Source: a virus (lineage: Duplodnaviria; Heunggongvirae; Uroviricota; Caudoviricetes). Taken from it: a stretch of 21,071 nucleotides of DNA. A model generated the notes under the pieces. The model ran no database searches and was not told the DNA's origin. It saw nothing but the letters and a program-made list of their open reading frames with translations. Of the stretch, positions 1 through 8,222 are shown in pieces; within the stretch, counting starts at the first letter, position 1, and every line of letters starts with the position of its first letter. The DNA is taken from the IMG/VR virus record IMGVR_UViG_2740892258_000010, one strand, 5' to 3'. Position numbers and translations under genes: made by a program.

Positions 1-1143
1 CTATGCTGTTTTGATATCTACGATAATCCAGTCTTTACCACGATCATCATTGTATCGGTCGGTCATTTTTCTGGATTTATGGCCTAACAACTTTTGCGTA
101 TCCAGACCCTGTTCCCGATATAACCGTTCTGACAGAGATCGCTGCTCATGAAATGTGGGCGCAGTTCCTTGCTCCCATTTTATGCCACATTTTTCCCGGG
201 CCTTTTTAAAAGCCGTTGTCAGAGTATTCGCAGAAACCTGGTCTCCTCTGTTTGCTTGAGAGGTAGTGTGACGGTAATGGACCAGATATTTACTAACAAC
301 AGCATCCCTGCACTGAGATATAACTTCACGAAGGGTAATATTCAGAGCATCGCATTTCAGGTTAAGCGGAATAGCAAGTTTTGAACCGGTTTTTTCCTGA
401 GTAATGTGCAACATGTCGTCCCATATATCAGAGAATTTCAAATTGCAGATATCGCCTAAACGTTGTCCAGTAACAAGAGCAAGTAGCATGCCGCATTTTA
501 AATAGGGCTGCCGTCTGCTTACGCTGTCAAATATTGCCTGCCATTCGGGCAGTGACAATCTTTGGCGGTTTACTCGATTTCGCGGTTGTTTTGTTGCCTG
601 CGCTGGGTTAAATCCTGGCGGAACATGTCCTGCGTGTTGTGCTTCTTTGAAGACGTCGATCAACACCATTCTCACGACTTGCGCCATCCTGTTATGACCT
701 TCAGCCTTTACAGCATCAATTATTTCGGCAATATCAAGTGCGGTAATATCCTTGAGGTGTTGCATTCCACAATGCTCACGGAAAAGACGAATGGGTTTGC
801 CTTTTTGCCGATAGGAGTTGGGTCTTAGTTCATTATGTTGCAGCCTGTCCTCTTGGATAGAAATATATTTATCAAGCCATTCTGTCACCGTAATGTCTGA
901 GCGCCTGCCTTTCATTCTTTCCAGACGCTCATTGACGCTTAATATTTGTCTGGTACGTTGTTCAGCAATAATGGTATTTGCTTCAGTAGCAACTTGTTTT
1001 GCTTCATTCTCATCAGTTCCTAAGCTATGAAAACGACCGGATAGTGGATGTTTGTATTGCCAATATACCTTTCCGGTTCGCTTATCTAATTTGCAATATA
1101 AATTGGGTATAGAGATTTTGTGAGATCGGGGTCTAGCAGCCAT
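1..1143 (-). CDS. int: Phage integrase (tyrosine recombinase), lambda-Int-like architecture
   Basis: 380-aa ORF with C-terminal catalytic-region motifs (HEQRSLSERLY...LLGHKSRKMTDRY). Sequence is not lambda Int itself. Stop codon is at window positions 1-3, so the att site is outside the window. Confidence 0.9.
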   Translation of the reverse strand: MAARPRSHKISIPNLYCKLDKRTGKVYWQYKHPLSGRFHSLGTDENEAKQVATEANTIIAEQRTRQILSVNERLERMKGRRSDITVTEWLDKYISIQEDRLQHNELRPNSYRQKGKPIRLFREHCGMQHLKDITALDIAEIIDAVKAEGHNRMAQVVRMVLIDVFKEAQHAGHVPPGFNPAQATKQPRNRVNRQRLSLPEWQAIFDSVSRRQPYLKCGMLLALVTGQRLGDICNLKFSDIWDDMLHITQEKTGSKLAIPLNLKCDALNITLREVISQCRDAVVSKYLVHYRHTTSQANRGDQVSANTLTTAFKKAREKCGIKWEQGTAPTFHEQRSLSERLYREQGLDTQKLLGHKSRKMTDRYNDDRGKDWIIVDIKTA

Positions 1144-1369
1144 CAGCGATTATCCTTTGGAGTTTTGGGTTTGCGTTTATTGGGAGTTGCGGTTCTGCAA
1201 GCGTTCCTACAAAACGGGAATTTCGGTCAATCATCCAGTAGCGACCAACTTTTATAGCGGGTGGGGCCATCATTTTCCCTTGCGCGTATTTTTTCAGAAC
1301 TCGCTCACTTGGTGCTAAGTCCCCAAATTCTTCTTTAGCCCAGTCCTGTAAAGTGATTAGTCGAGACAT
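1133..1369 (-). CDS. xis: Excisionase (Xis-like)
   Basis: 78-aa ORF immediately upstream of int and overlapping its start by 11 nt. N-terminus (MSRLITLQDW) resembles the lambda Xis N-terminus (LTLQEW). Confidence 0.75.
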   Translation of the reverse strand: MSRLITLQDWAKEEFGDLAPSERVLKKYAQGKMMAPPAIKVGRYWMIDRNSRFVGTLAEPQLPINANPKLQRIIADGC

Positions 1370-1508
1370 TTGTCCTCCTCTTAGCTGCTGAGGGAGTTTG
1401 TGACCGATATATCTGACATGATATTAAGCTCATGGCAGGTACATCTCTTGACTGGTCATAGAGATAAATTTAATGCTGAGAAATGCAGTATTGAATTTAT
1501 CAATTTTT

Positions 1509-1748
1509 CTATTTCCTGCGCATGTCACGTAACTTCTTAATGTGTTCTGCCGTTTCGATCTCTTCTGCTATCCGATCTGCATCAGCTTTATTCACAGGTT
1601 CAAAGTCATGATTAAAGCGGAACATGCTGGCGATACATGTTCTGCCTTTTCGGATGTAGTGAACTTTGTTGTGGGTAGAACGCAGGATTTTGCAGGGAGT
1701 GCCGTGGTGGTCGACGTACCAGGTGTTAGGGTCAATCACTCTGAACAT
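1509..1748 (-). CDS. Hypothetical small early protein
   Basis: 79-aa ORF in the leftward early operon between xis and the lambda-type small ORFs. No motif recognised. Confidence 0.45.
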   Translation of the reverse strand: MFRVIDPNTWYVDHHGTPCKILRSTHNKVHYIRKGRTCIASMFRFNHDFEPVNKADADRIAEEIETAEHIKKLRDMRRK

Positions 1749-2061
1749 TCTTGACCTTGTGTTGTGCGGATTGATATTCAGTGCTGATATTCACCTTTAT
1801 AGCGAACACCTTTACCGGTTTATCGCCAAAGTGCGGATGTGTGATTGTCTTCACTTCATATCCGTCATACGGAACATCAATTCTGCGACTGGAATCGTCG
1901 CGCTTCGGATATCCCTTTGTGATAATCAGGCGGTCATATTCCCGGAACATAATTCGCTTATTCCAGTAGTCATTACACAAGCGATACTCTTCCGTTTTCT
2001 CTCCGCGAATCATGGCATCGAAGTATTCACTTTTAACAGCAAGTTGCAGGTTAGCCATCAC
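1732..2061 (-). CDS. Hypothetical protein, possible ASCH/PUA-like fold
   Basis: 109-aa ORF. N-terminal segment (LQLAVKSEYFDAMIRGEKTEEYRL) resembles the first strand/helix signature of ASCH-domain proteins. Assigned from memory of the family pattern only. Confidence 0.45.
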   Translation of the reverse strand: MMANLQLAVKSEYFDAMIRGEKTEEYRLCNDYWNKRIMFREYDRLIITKGYPKRDDSSRRIDVPYDGYEVKTITHPHFGDKPVKVFAIKVNISTEYQSAQHKVKNVQSD

Positions 2062-2279
2062 TTAATCCCCCTTTGTTTGCGGATAAGCTCCAGATCTTGC
2101 TGGCAACTGGCGCAAGTCCGACAACCCTGAACGGCCAGGCGTCTTCGTTCATCTATCGGATCGCCACACTCACAACAATGAGTGGCAGATACAGCCAGGT
2201 AGTTCAGGCGGCGCATTTTTATTGCTGTGTTGCGCTGTAATTCTTCTATTTCTGATGCTGAATCAATGATGTCTGCCAT
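2058..2279 (-). CDS. TraR/DksA-family C4 zinc-finger protein
   Basis: 73-aa ORF with a CxxC...17 aa...CxxC arrangement (CCECGDPIDERRRLAVQGCRTCASC), typical of phage/plasmid TraR-like proteins. Overlaps the upstream gene by 4 nt. Confidence 0.7.
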   Translation of the reverse strand: MADIIDSASEIEELQRNTAIKMRRLNYLAVSATHCCECGDPIDERRRLAVQGCRTCASCQQDLELIRKQRGIK

Positions 2280-2285
2280 CTTTCA

Positions 2286-2381
2286 TTAATCCCTGAACTG
2301 TTGGTTAATACGCTTGAGGGTGAATGCGAACAATAAAAAAGGAGCCTGTAGCTCCCTGATAATTTTGCTTTTCATGTTCAT
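2286..2381 (-). CDS. Possible 31-aa small protein (MNMKSKIIRELQAPFLLFAFTLKRINQQFRD)
   Basis: Below the 60-aa cutoff of the ORF track. ATG preceded by AAGGAA at good spacing; stop lies 7 nt upstream of the TraR-like start. Contains a GGAGC..GCTCC hairpin, so it could be structural RNA rather than coding. Confidence 0.25.
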   Translation of the reverse strand: MNMKSKIIRELQAPFLLFAFTLKRINQQFRD

Positions 2382-2472
2382 CGTTCCTTAAAGACGCCGT
2401 TTAACATGCCGATTGCCAGGCTTAAATGAGTCGGTGTGAATCCCTTCAGCGTTACCGTTTCGCGGTGCTTCT

Positions 2473-2655
2473 TCAGTACGCTACGGCAAATGTCATTGAC
2501 GTTTTTGGAAACTGCTGTCTGACTTTTTTGATTTCAGAATTAGCCTGACGGGCAATGCTGCGAAGGGCGTTTTCTTGCTGAGGTGTCACTGAACAAGCCC
2601 CATGTCGGCAAGCATAAGCACACAGAATATGAAGCCCGCTGCCAGAAAAATGCAT
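2473..2655 (-). CDS. Lambda-type small early protein (orf61 equivalent)
   Basis: 60-aa ORF at the position and orientation of the lambda orf61/orf63/orf60a cluster upstream of exo. Identity by recollection and synteny. Confidence 0.5.
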   Translation of the reverse strand: MHFSGSGLHILCAYACRHGACSVTPQQENALRSIARQANSEIKKVRQQFPKTSMTFAVAY

Positions 2656-2665
2656 TCAGTGGTTG

Positions 2666-2857
2666 TCATACCTGGTCTCTCTCATCTGCTTCTGCTTTCG
2701 CCACCATCATTTCCAGCTTTTGTGAAAGGGATGTGGCTAACGTATGAAATTCTTCGTCTGTTTCTGCTGGTATTGGCACAAACCTGACTCCAATTTGAGC
2801 AAGGCTATGTGCCAAATCAATACTCGTTCTTAACTCAACAGGAGATGCTTTGTGCAT
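2666..2857 (-). CDS. Lambda-type small early protein (orf63 equivalent)
   Basis: 63-aa ORF ([26 protein letters not shown]...) in the lambda orf63 position. Overlaps the next ORF as in lambda. Confidence 0.55.
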   Translation of the reverse strand: MHKASPVELRTSIDLAHSLAQIGVRFVPIPAETDEEFHTLATSLSQKLEMMVAKAEADERDQV

Positions 2858-3012
2858 ACCGCCCCCCGTTTATTATTTATCTCCTCAGCCAGCCGCTGGG
2901 CTTTCAGCGGATTTCGGATAACAGAAAGACCGTGAAATACCCAGCCTCGCTTTGTAACGGAGTAGACGAAAGTGATCGCGCCTACCCGGATATTATCGTG
3001 AGGATGGGTCAT
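2830..3012 (-). CDS. Lambda-type small early protein (orf60a equivalent)
   Basis: ORF track gives 62 aa (2830..3018); the start at the second Met gives 60 aa ([11 protein letters not shown]...). Lies immediately upstream of exo. Confidence 0.55.
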   Translation of the reverse strand: MTHPHDNIRVGAITFVYSVTKRGWVFHGLSVIRNPLKAQRLAEEINNKRGAVCTKHLLLS

Positions 3013-3689
3013 CGCCATTGCTCTCCAAATACAAAACCAATTTCAGCCAGTGCTTCGTCCATTTTTTCGATGAACTCCGGCACCATCTCGTCAAAACTCG
3101 CCATGTACTTTTCATCCCGCTCAACCACGACATAATGCAGGCCTTCACGCTTCATTCGTGGGTCATAGTTGGCAAAGTACCAGGCATCTTTTCGTGTCAC
3201 CCACATGCTGTACTGCACCTGGGCCATGTAAGCCGACTTTATGGCCTCGAAACCACCGAGCCGGAACTTCATGAAATCCCGGGAGGTAAACGGGCATTTC
3301 AGCTCAAGGCCATTGCCGTCACTGCATAAACCATCGGGAGAGCAGGCGGTGCGCATACTTTCGTCGCGATAGATGATCGGGGATTCAGTAACATTCACGC
3401 CGGAAGTGAATTCAAACAGGGTTCTGGCGTCGTTCTCGTACTGTTTTCCCCACGCCAGCGCCTTAGCATTAACTTCCGGAGCCACACCGGTGCAAACCTC
3501 AGCCAGCAGGGTGTGGAAGTAGGACATTTTCATGTCAGGCCACTTCTTTCCTGAGCGGGGCTTTGCTATCACGTTGTGAACTTCTGAAGCGGTGATGACG
3601 CCGAGCCGTAATTTGTGCCATGCATCATCCCCCTGTTCGACAGCTCTCACGTCGATCCCGGTACGCTGCAGGATAATGTCCGGTGTCAT
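3009..3689 (-). CDS. exo: Lambda exonuclease (Red-alpha)
   Basis: 226-aa translation matches lambda Exo essentially end to end ([40 protein letters not shown]...GFVFGEQWR). 4-nt overlap with bet. Confidence 0.95.
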   Translation of the reverse strand: MTPDIILQRTGIDVRAVEQGDDAWHKLRLGVITASEVHNVIAKPRSGKKWPDMKMSYFHTLLAEVCTGVAPEVNAKALAWGKQYENDARTLFEFTSGVNVTESPIIYRDESMRTACSPDGLCSDGNGLELKCPFTSRDFMKFRLGGFEAIKSAYMAQVQYSMWVTRKDAWYFANYDPRMKREGLHYVVVERDEKYMASFDEMVPEFIEKMDEALAEIGFVFGEQWR

Positions 3690-4471
3690 GCTGCCACCTT
3701 CTGCTCAGTGGCTTTCTGTTTCAGGAATCCAAGAGCTTTCACTGCTTCGGCCTGTGTCAGTTCTGACGATGCGCGAATGTCGCGGCGAAATATCTGGGAA
3801 CAGAGCGGCAATAAGTCGTCATCCCATGTTTTGTCCAGGGCAATCAGCAGAGTGTTAATCTCCTGCATGGTTTCATCGTTAACCGGAGTGATGTCGCGTT
3901 CCGGCTGACGTTCTGCAGTGTATGCGGTATTTTCGACAATGCGCTCGGCTTCATCCTTGTCATAGATACCAGCAAATCCGAAGGCCAGACGGGCACACTG
4001 AATCATGGCTTTATGCCGTAACATCCGTTTGGGATGCGACTGCCACGGCCCCGTGATTTCTCTGCCTTCGCGGGTTTTGAATGGTTCGCGGCGGCATTCA
4101 TCCATCCACTCGGTAACGCAGATCGGATGATTGCGGTCTTTGCGGTAAATCCGGCATGTACATGATTCATTGTCCTGCTCAAAGTCCATACCATCAAACT
4201 GCTGGTTTTCATTGATGATGCGGGACCAGCCATCAACGCCCACCACCGGAACAATGCCGTTCTGCTTATCAGGGAAGGCGTAAATTTCTTTCGTCCACGG
4301 ATTAAGGCCGTACTGGTTGGCGACGATCAACAATGCGATGAACTGCGCATCGCTGGCATCACCTTTAAATGCCGTCTGGCGAAGAGTGGTGATCAGTTCC
4401 TGTGGGTCGACAGAATCCATGCCGACACGTTCAGCCAGCTTCCCTGCCAGCGTTGCGAGTGCTGTACTCAT
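3686..4471 (-). CDS. bet: Recombination protein Bet (Red-beta)
   Basis: 261-aa translation matches lambda Bet ([66 protein letters not shown]...). Confidence 0.95.
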   Translation of the reverse strand: MSTALATLAGKLAERVGMDSVDPQELITTLRQTAFKGDASDAQFIALLIVANQYGLNPWTKEIYAFPDKQNGIVPVVGVDGWSRIINENQQFDGMDFEQDNESCTCRIYRKDRNHPICVTEWMDECRREPFKTREGREITGPWQSHPKRMLRHKAMIQCARLAFGFAGIYDKDEAERIVENTAYTAERQPERDITPVNDETMQEINTLLIALDKTWDDDLLPLCSQIFRRDIRASSELTQAEAVKALGFLKQKATEQKVAA

Positions 4472-4476
4472 CCGTT

Positions 4477-4773
4477 TTATACCTCTGAATCAATATCAGC
4501 CTGATGGTGAGCAATGGTTTCAACTATGTACCGGATGTGTTCTGCCATGCGCTCCTGAAACTCAACATCGTCATCAAACGCACGGGTAATGGCTTTTTTG
4601 CTGGCCCCGTGGCGTTGTAAATGATCGATGCATAGCGATTCAAACAGGTGCTGGGGCAGGCCTTTTTCCATGTCGTCTGCCAGTTCTGCCTCTTTCTCTT
4701 CACGGGCGATCTGCTGGTAGTGACGCGCCCAGCTCTGAGCCTCAAGACGATCCTGAATGTAATAAGCGTTCAT
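4477..4773 (-). CDS. gam: Gam, RecBCD inhibitor (98-aa short form only)
   Basis: 98-aa ORF matches the lambda Gam core ([21 protein letters not shown]...DIDSEV). The upstream ATG that gives the 138-aa form in lambda ([10 protein letters not shown]...) is at 4892-4894 but is out of frame with the core here. Confidence 0.9.
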   Translation of the reverse strand: MNAYYIQDRLEAQSWARHYQQIAREEKEAELADDMEKGLPQHLFESLCIDHLQRHGASKKAITRAFDDDVEFQERMAEHIRYIVETIAHHQADIDSEV

Positions 4774-4848
4774 GGCTGAACTCCTGAAAATGGCTGTGAA
4801 AATATCGCCCGCGAAATGCCAGGCTGATTAGGAAAACAGGAAAGGGGG

Positions 4849-4992
4849 TTAGTGAATGCTTTTGCTTGATCTCAGTTTCAGTATTAATATCCATTTTTTA
4901 TAAGCGTCGACGGCCTCACGAAACATCTTTTCATCGCCAATAAAAGTGGCGATAGTGAATTTAGTCTGGATAGCCATAATTGTTTGATCCAT
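4849..4992 (-). CDS. kil: Kil (host-killing/FtsZ-inhibiting protein)
   Basis: Last 47 codons of the 89-aa ORF 4849..5118 read [47 protein letters not shown], which is lambda Kil with one substitution. Start taken at this Met. Confidence 0.85.
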   Translation of the reverse strand: MDQTIMAIQTKFTIATFIGDEKMFREAVDAYKKWILILKLRSSKSIH

Positions 4993-5125
4993 TTTTTGGG
5001 ACTCCTGGCTGATTAAGTATGTCGATAAGGCGTTTCCATCCGTCACGTAATTTACGGGTGATTCGTTCAAGTAAAGATTCGGAAGGGCAGCCAGCAACAG
5101 GCCACCCTGCAATGGCATATTGCAT
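4961..5125 (-). CDS. cIII: CIII (FtsH inhibitor, stabiliser of CII)
   Basis: Not in the ORF track (54 aa). Manual translation gives [54 protein letters not shown], matching lambda CIII. 3' end overlaps the kil start as in lambda. Confidence 0.85.
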   Translation of the reverse strand: MQYAIAGWPVAGCPSESLLERITRKLRDGWKRLIDILNQPGVPKNGSNNYGYPD

Positions 5126-5197
5126 GGTGTGCTCCTTATTTATACATAACGAAAAACGCCTCGAGTGAAGCGTAATTGGTATGCGGTAACGCCGCGC

Positions 5198-5566
5198 TCA
5201 GGCGGCCTTGATAGTCATATCATCTGAATCAAATATTCCTGATGTATCGATATCGGTAATTCTTATTCCTTCACTACCATCCATTGGAGGCCATCCTTCC
5301 TGACCATTTCCATCATTCCAGTCGAACTCACACACAACACCATATGCATTTAAGTCGCTTGAAATTGCTATAAGCAGAGCATGTTGCGCCAGCATGATTA
5401 ATACAGCATTTAATACAGAGCCGTGTTTATTGAGTCGGTATTCAGAGTCTGACCAGAAATTATTAATCTGGTGAAGTTTTTCCTCTGTCATTACGTCATG
5501 GTCAATTTCAATTTCTATTGATGCTTTCCAGTCGTAATCAATGATGTATTTTTTGATGTTTGACAT
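5198..5566 (-). CDS. ea10: Ea10-like early protein
   Basis: 122-aa ORF between cIII and ral, the position of lambda ea10. Identity by synteny and recollection. Confidence 0.6.
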   Translation of the reverse strand: MSNIKKYIIDYDWKASIEIEIDHDVMTEEKLHQINNFWSDSEYRLNKHGSVLNAVLIMLAQHALLIAISSDLNAYGVVCEFDWNDGNGQEGWPPMDGSEGIRITDIDTSGIFDSDDMTIKAA

Positions 5567-5586
5567 CTATTCATATCCTCATAGAT

Positions 5587-5612
5587 AAAAAATCGCCCTC
5601 ACACTGGAGGGC
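5587..5612 (-). terminator. Intrinsic terminator between ral and ea10 (leftward transcript)
   Basis: On the minus strand: GCCCTC-cagtgt-GAGGGC stem-loop (plus coordinates 5595-5612) followed by a T6 run (plus-strand A-run 5587-5592). Confidence 0.6.
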
Positions 5613-5748
5613 AAAGAAGATTTCCAATAATCAGAACAAGTCGGCTCCTGTTTAGTTACGAGCGACATTGCTCCGTGTATTCACTCGTTGGAATGAATAC
5701 ACAGTGCAGTGTTTATTCTGTTATTTATGCCAAAAATAAAGGCCACTA

Positions 5749-5949
5749 TCAGGCAGCTTTGTTGTTCTGTTTACCAAGTTCTCTGGCAATCATTGCCGTC
5801 GTTCGTATTGCCCATTTATCGACATATTTCCCATCTTCCATTACAGGAAACATTTCTTCAGGCTTAACCATGCATTCCGATTGCAGCTTGCATCCATTGC
5901 ATCGTTTGAATTGTCCACACCATTGATTTGTATCAATAGTCGTAGTCAT
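5749..5949 (-). CDS. ral: Ral, restriction-alleviation protein
   Basis: 66-aa translation (MTTTIDTNQWCGQFKRCNGCKLQSECMVKPEEMFPVMEDGKYVDKWAIRTTAMIARELGKQNNKAA) matches lambda Ral. Confidence 0.9.
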   Translation of the reverse strand: MTTTIDTNQWCGQFKRCNGCKLQSECMVKPEEMFPVMEDGKYVDKWAIRTTAMIARELGKQNNKAA

Positions 5950-6019
5950 ACGGATAGTCCTGGTATTGTTCCATCACATCTTGAGGATGCTCTTCGAACT
6001 CTTCAAATTCTTCTTCCAT
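5933..6019 (-). CDS. Small acidic protein, lambda orf28 equivalent
   Basis: Not in the ORF track. Manual translation gives MEEEFEEFEEHPQDVMEQYQDYPYDYDY (28 aa). Overlaps the ral start by 17 nt. Confidence 0.55.
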   Translation of the reverse strand: MEEEFEEFEEHPQDVMEQYQDYPYDYDY

Positions 6020-6162
6020 ATATCACCTTAAATAGTGGATTGCGGTAGTAAAGATTGTGCCTGTCTTTTAACCACATCAGGCTCGGTGGTTCTCGTGTAC
6101 CCCTACAACGAGAAATCGGATAAACTCTATTCACCCCTACAGAGAGCAAAAGAGAAACGCCG

Positions 6163-6744
6163 ATGAACAACTCATGGTGGCAGGAACTAATGCATTTTTT
6201 CCTGCAAGGAATGACACTTAAACAGTTGATTCATATGCTAATCATCCTGATCATATTGATTATTGTTATGCCGGTAAGCGTAAAAGAATGGATAAACCTG
6301 CATAATCCAGAAATCCTTCCTCATTACTGGATGTATTACATCCTGTTGTTTTGCGTTAGCTATGTGCTTAACGGCGTTGTTAATTCCGCTTATCACGCTG
6401 TGACTGAAAGAATTGAGGTATTCGCTGCTCAGAAGCGCAAATCTAAAGAAGAAAAATATGTGCAAGATTTGTTTGATTCGTTAACTCTTGGAGAAAGAGC
6501 GTATTTGGCATTCGCTGTAGCCGCTAATAACCAGCTACAAACGGAAAAGGGCGCTCATGAATCAATTTCATTGCTCAAAAAAGGACTCCTCGTTCGAAGG
6601 CCTCCTGCTGTTGGATATCCTGATACCGACCGTTTCGTTATCCCTGAAAGCTATAGACATGAGTGCTACATTAGGTTTGCCGGGAAGGCAGACAGCCTTA
6701 TGGATGAACTTATCGCTCAGGATAAGCATGGCAAAAACAAGTAA
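6163..6744 (+). CDS. sieB: Superinfection exclusion protein B
   Basis: 193-aa ORF with a hydrophobic N-terminal region (MLIILIILIIVMPV..., YILLFCVSYVLNGVV...). Matches lambda SieB by recollection. Convergent with N. Confidence 0.85.
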   Translation: MNNSWWQELMHFFLQGMTLKQLIHMLIILIILIIVMPVSVKEWINLHNPEILPHYWMYYILLFCVSYVLNGVVNSAYHAVTERIEVFAAQKRKSKEEKYVQDLFDSLTLGERAYLAFAVAANNQLQTEKGAHESISLLKKGLLVRRPPAVGYPDTDRFVIPESYRHECYIRFAGKADSLMDELIAQDKHGKNK

Positions 6745-6760
6745 TTAGCAAATGAATTTA

Positions 6761-7033
6761 TCATCTCGCCGTCAGTTGTTTTGATTTCCGGTAGCCTGCC
6801 GCGTAAAGAGCTACGTTCGGAAGACAAGTTGAACCTTCATATTTTCTGGTCAACGTTGTCAGAGTTATCACTTCTGCTCTCATTGCTGGTTTGAGCTTGC
6901 ATTGCAAGACCACTCGTGAAGGGGTTGGCCTGTGTAGCTTGTCGGAGCTGATCGCCTCCTGACTTTGCAGATTTGCGCGACGAGCTCTACGGCGAGAAGC
7001 TGCGGTGCCTTTAAATTCTGTTTTTCTGGACAT
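6761..7033 (-). CDS. N: N-type transcription antiterminator (P22/21-like, not lambda N)
   Basis: Start placed at the internal Met (MSRKTEFKGTAASRRRARRA...), which has a GGAGG ribosome-binding site; the ORF track extends 24 codons further upstream. Arginine-rich motif near the N-terminus. C-terminus (NVALYAAGYRKSKQLTAR) resembles the P22 gene-24 antiterminator. Confidence 0.75.
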   Translation of the reverse strand: MSRKTEFKGTAASRRRARRANLQSQEAISSDKLHRPTPSRVVLQCKLKPAMRAEVITLTTLTRKYEGSTCLPNVALYAAGYRKSKQLTAR

Positions 7034-7131
7034 GGATTCCTCCCGAATAAACTTTGGCGATGCAATCTCGAAGCTCCTCCTGAGACGGTTGCTTCGGCAT
7101 TGCATCCCACAGCTTATGTGGTTGGGTGATC

Positions 7132-7177
7132 TGGCTTTTCAGCCACGTAGTCGAGAGTCGACGTTGTTTAAAGAGCC
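7132..7177 (-). promoter_or_regulatory. Putative nutL (boxA plus boxB hairpin)
   Basis: Minus strand reads GGCTCTTT (boxA-like) ... CTACG-TGGCT-GAAA-AGCCA (boxB-like stem-loop). It aligns almost base for base with the site downstream of cro at 9813-9858. Confidence 0.5.
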
Positions 7178-7222
7178 TGCCAGTCTGTTCCATTTGGCTT
7201 CCAGCGTCCTGCTGACGGTTAA

Positions 7223-7251
7223 ATAGTACGATATGTACTTTACAAGATCAA
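7223..7251 (-). promoter_or_regulatory. Putative pL with overlapping operator
   Basis: Minus strand: TTGATC, 17-nt spacer, TACTAT. The spacer contains AAAGTACATAT, the same 11-mer found in the spacer of the putative pR. Confidence 0.45.
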
Positions 7252-7440
7252 TACAATTTGTTGTAAGTTGGCGTGGTTTTTTATAACGCTTTGTATTTAA
7301 TAGTGTTGTTTTTTAGCGTGGATGTATTGCCTCGGCGATGTAAGGAGAGATCAGAATTGCGTGGTTTAGTGGGTTGCATCTATTTATTTTTCAATAAATA
7401 TAATTGGTTATGTGTTTTTAGGTGGGCGAACGTGAGGCAA

Positions 7441-7464
7441 AGAAAACCCGGCGCTGAGGCCGGG
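7441..7464 (-). terminator. Intrinsic terminator ending the cI operon
   Basis: Minus strand: CCCGGC-ctcagc-GCCGGG stem-loop followed by TTTTCT, beginning 5 nt after the stop of the 250-aa gene. Confidence 0.65.
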
Positions 7465-7469
7465 TTGTA

Positions 7470-8222
7470 TTATGCTGCAAGTCTCTTAACCCAAGTCTCT
7501 CTTTTGGAGAATGGTAGAACTTGGCTTGATTCATGGAAGAGTAAGGAGAGTTGTTGCATTTGATCACCAATTGCTTCGCTGTCTATAACAACAAATCTGT
7601 TGTTATACTCCTCACTTGAAGCTTTAAGATCAATTAGTTTCCCAAGCAATGAGTAAGCACTATTCCAGCTTCCTCCGTGTTTCACGCTTGATGTAAAAAC
7701 GTATTTAGGTATGTCGGTTTTTATTGTTACAGGGACGGTAATTTGATGTCCACTCAAGCCATATACGTTTTCACGAAGAGAAAGTGCGTCTCTAAGCTCT
7801 GTGTGATATAGATAATCAATAACCATACTTTCAAACTTTTCAGCTTGAACTGGCTGATACCAGTCTAACGACAAAGTTGATGCGAGTATACCAGCTCTAA
7901 TTATGTTCGATGTAATCGCACCGACATCCTTTTCTGTTGCCCAAGCAATGATTTCTCCTCGAGCATTGAGTTCTGCGCCTTCTTTAAGCAGTAATTGTCG
8001 TATCTCATCAAGTCGTTTTTTGGTAAGCGAGATCCCTCTTGCCTCCATATTCATTAAGGCATCGCATCTGTCACTAACTAAATACCTACCATTGACTTCA
8101 CGGATAAAGGCACCGACATGCTCTCCATCATCACAGTAAGTGAATGGACTGATAATTCTCAAGGTCTTGCCTATTGGATGGCATTCGAAACCTAGTTGTG
8201 AGATCACTGTTGAGCACATCAT
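7470..8222 (-). CDS. Unknown protein B of the cI-linked two-gene cassette (candidate exclusion/defence component)
   Basis: 250-aa ORF. No recognisable motif and no obvious transmembrane segment. Start ATG overlaps the stop of the upstream gene (ATGA). Visibly AT-rich compared with the flanking lambda genes. Confidence 0.7.
   Translation of the reverse strand: MMCSTVISQLGFECHPIGKTLRIISPFTYCDDGEHVGAFIREVNGRYLVSDRCDALMNMEARGISLTKKRLDEIRQLLLKEGAELNARGEIIAWATEKDVGAITSNIIRAGILASTLSLDWYQPVQAEKFESMVIDYLYHTELRDALSLRENVYGLSGHQITVPVTIKTDIPKYVFTSSVKHGGSWNSAYSLLGKLIDLKASSEEYNNRFVVIDSEAIGDQMQQLSLLFHESSQVLPFSKRETWVKRLAA

Noticed and set aside
1666-2130. 154-aa plus-strand ORF
   Set aside because: Antisense to the 109-aa and 73-aa minus-strand genes, which fit the leftward early operon and overlap each other by the usual 4 nt.
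2336-2356. GGAGC-ctgta-GCTCC hairpin with adjacent A/T run, considered as a leftward intrinsic terminator
   Set aside because: It sits inside a small ORF with a strong ribosome-binding site and lies only about 60 nt upstream of the TraR-like gene in the same operon. Kept only as a caveat on the small ORF.
7273-7563. 96-aa plus-strand ORF in the pL/terminator interval
   Set aside because: Spans the proposed cI-operon terminator and promoter region, has no ribosome-binding site, and reads through the stop region of the 250-aa gene on the opposite strand.
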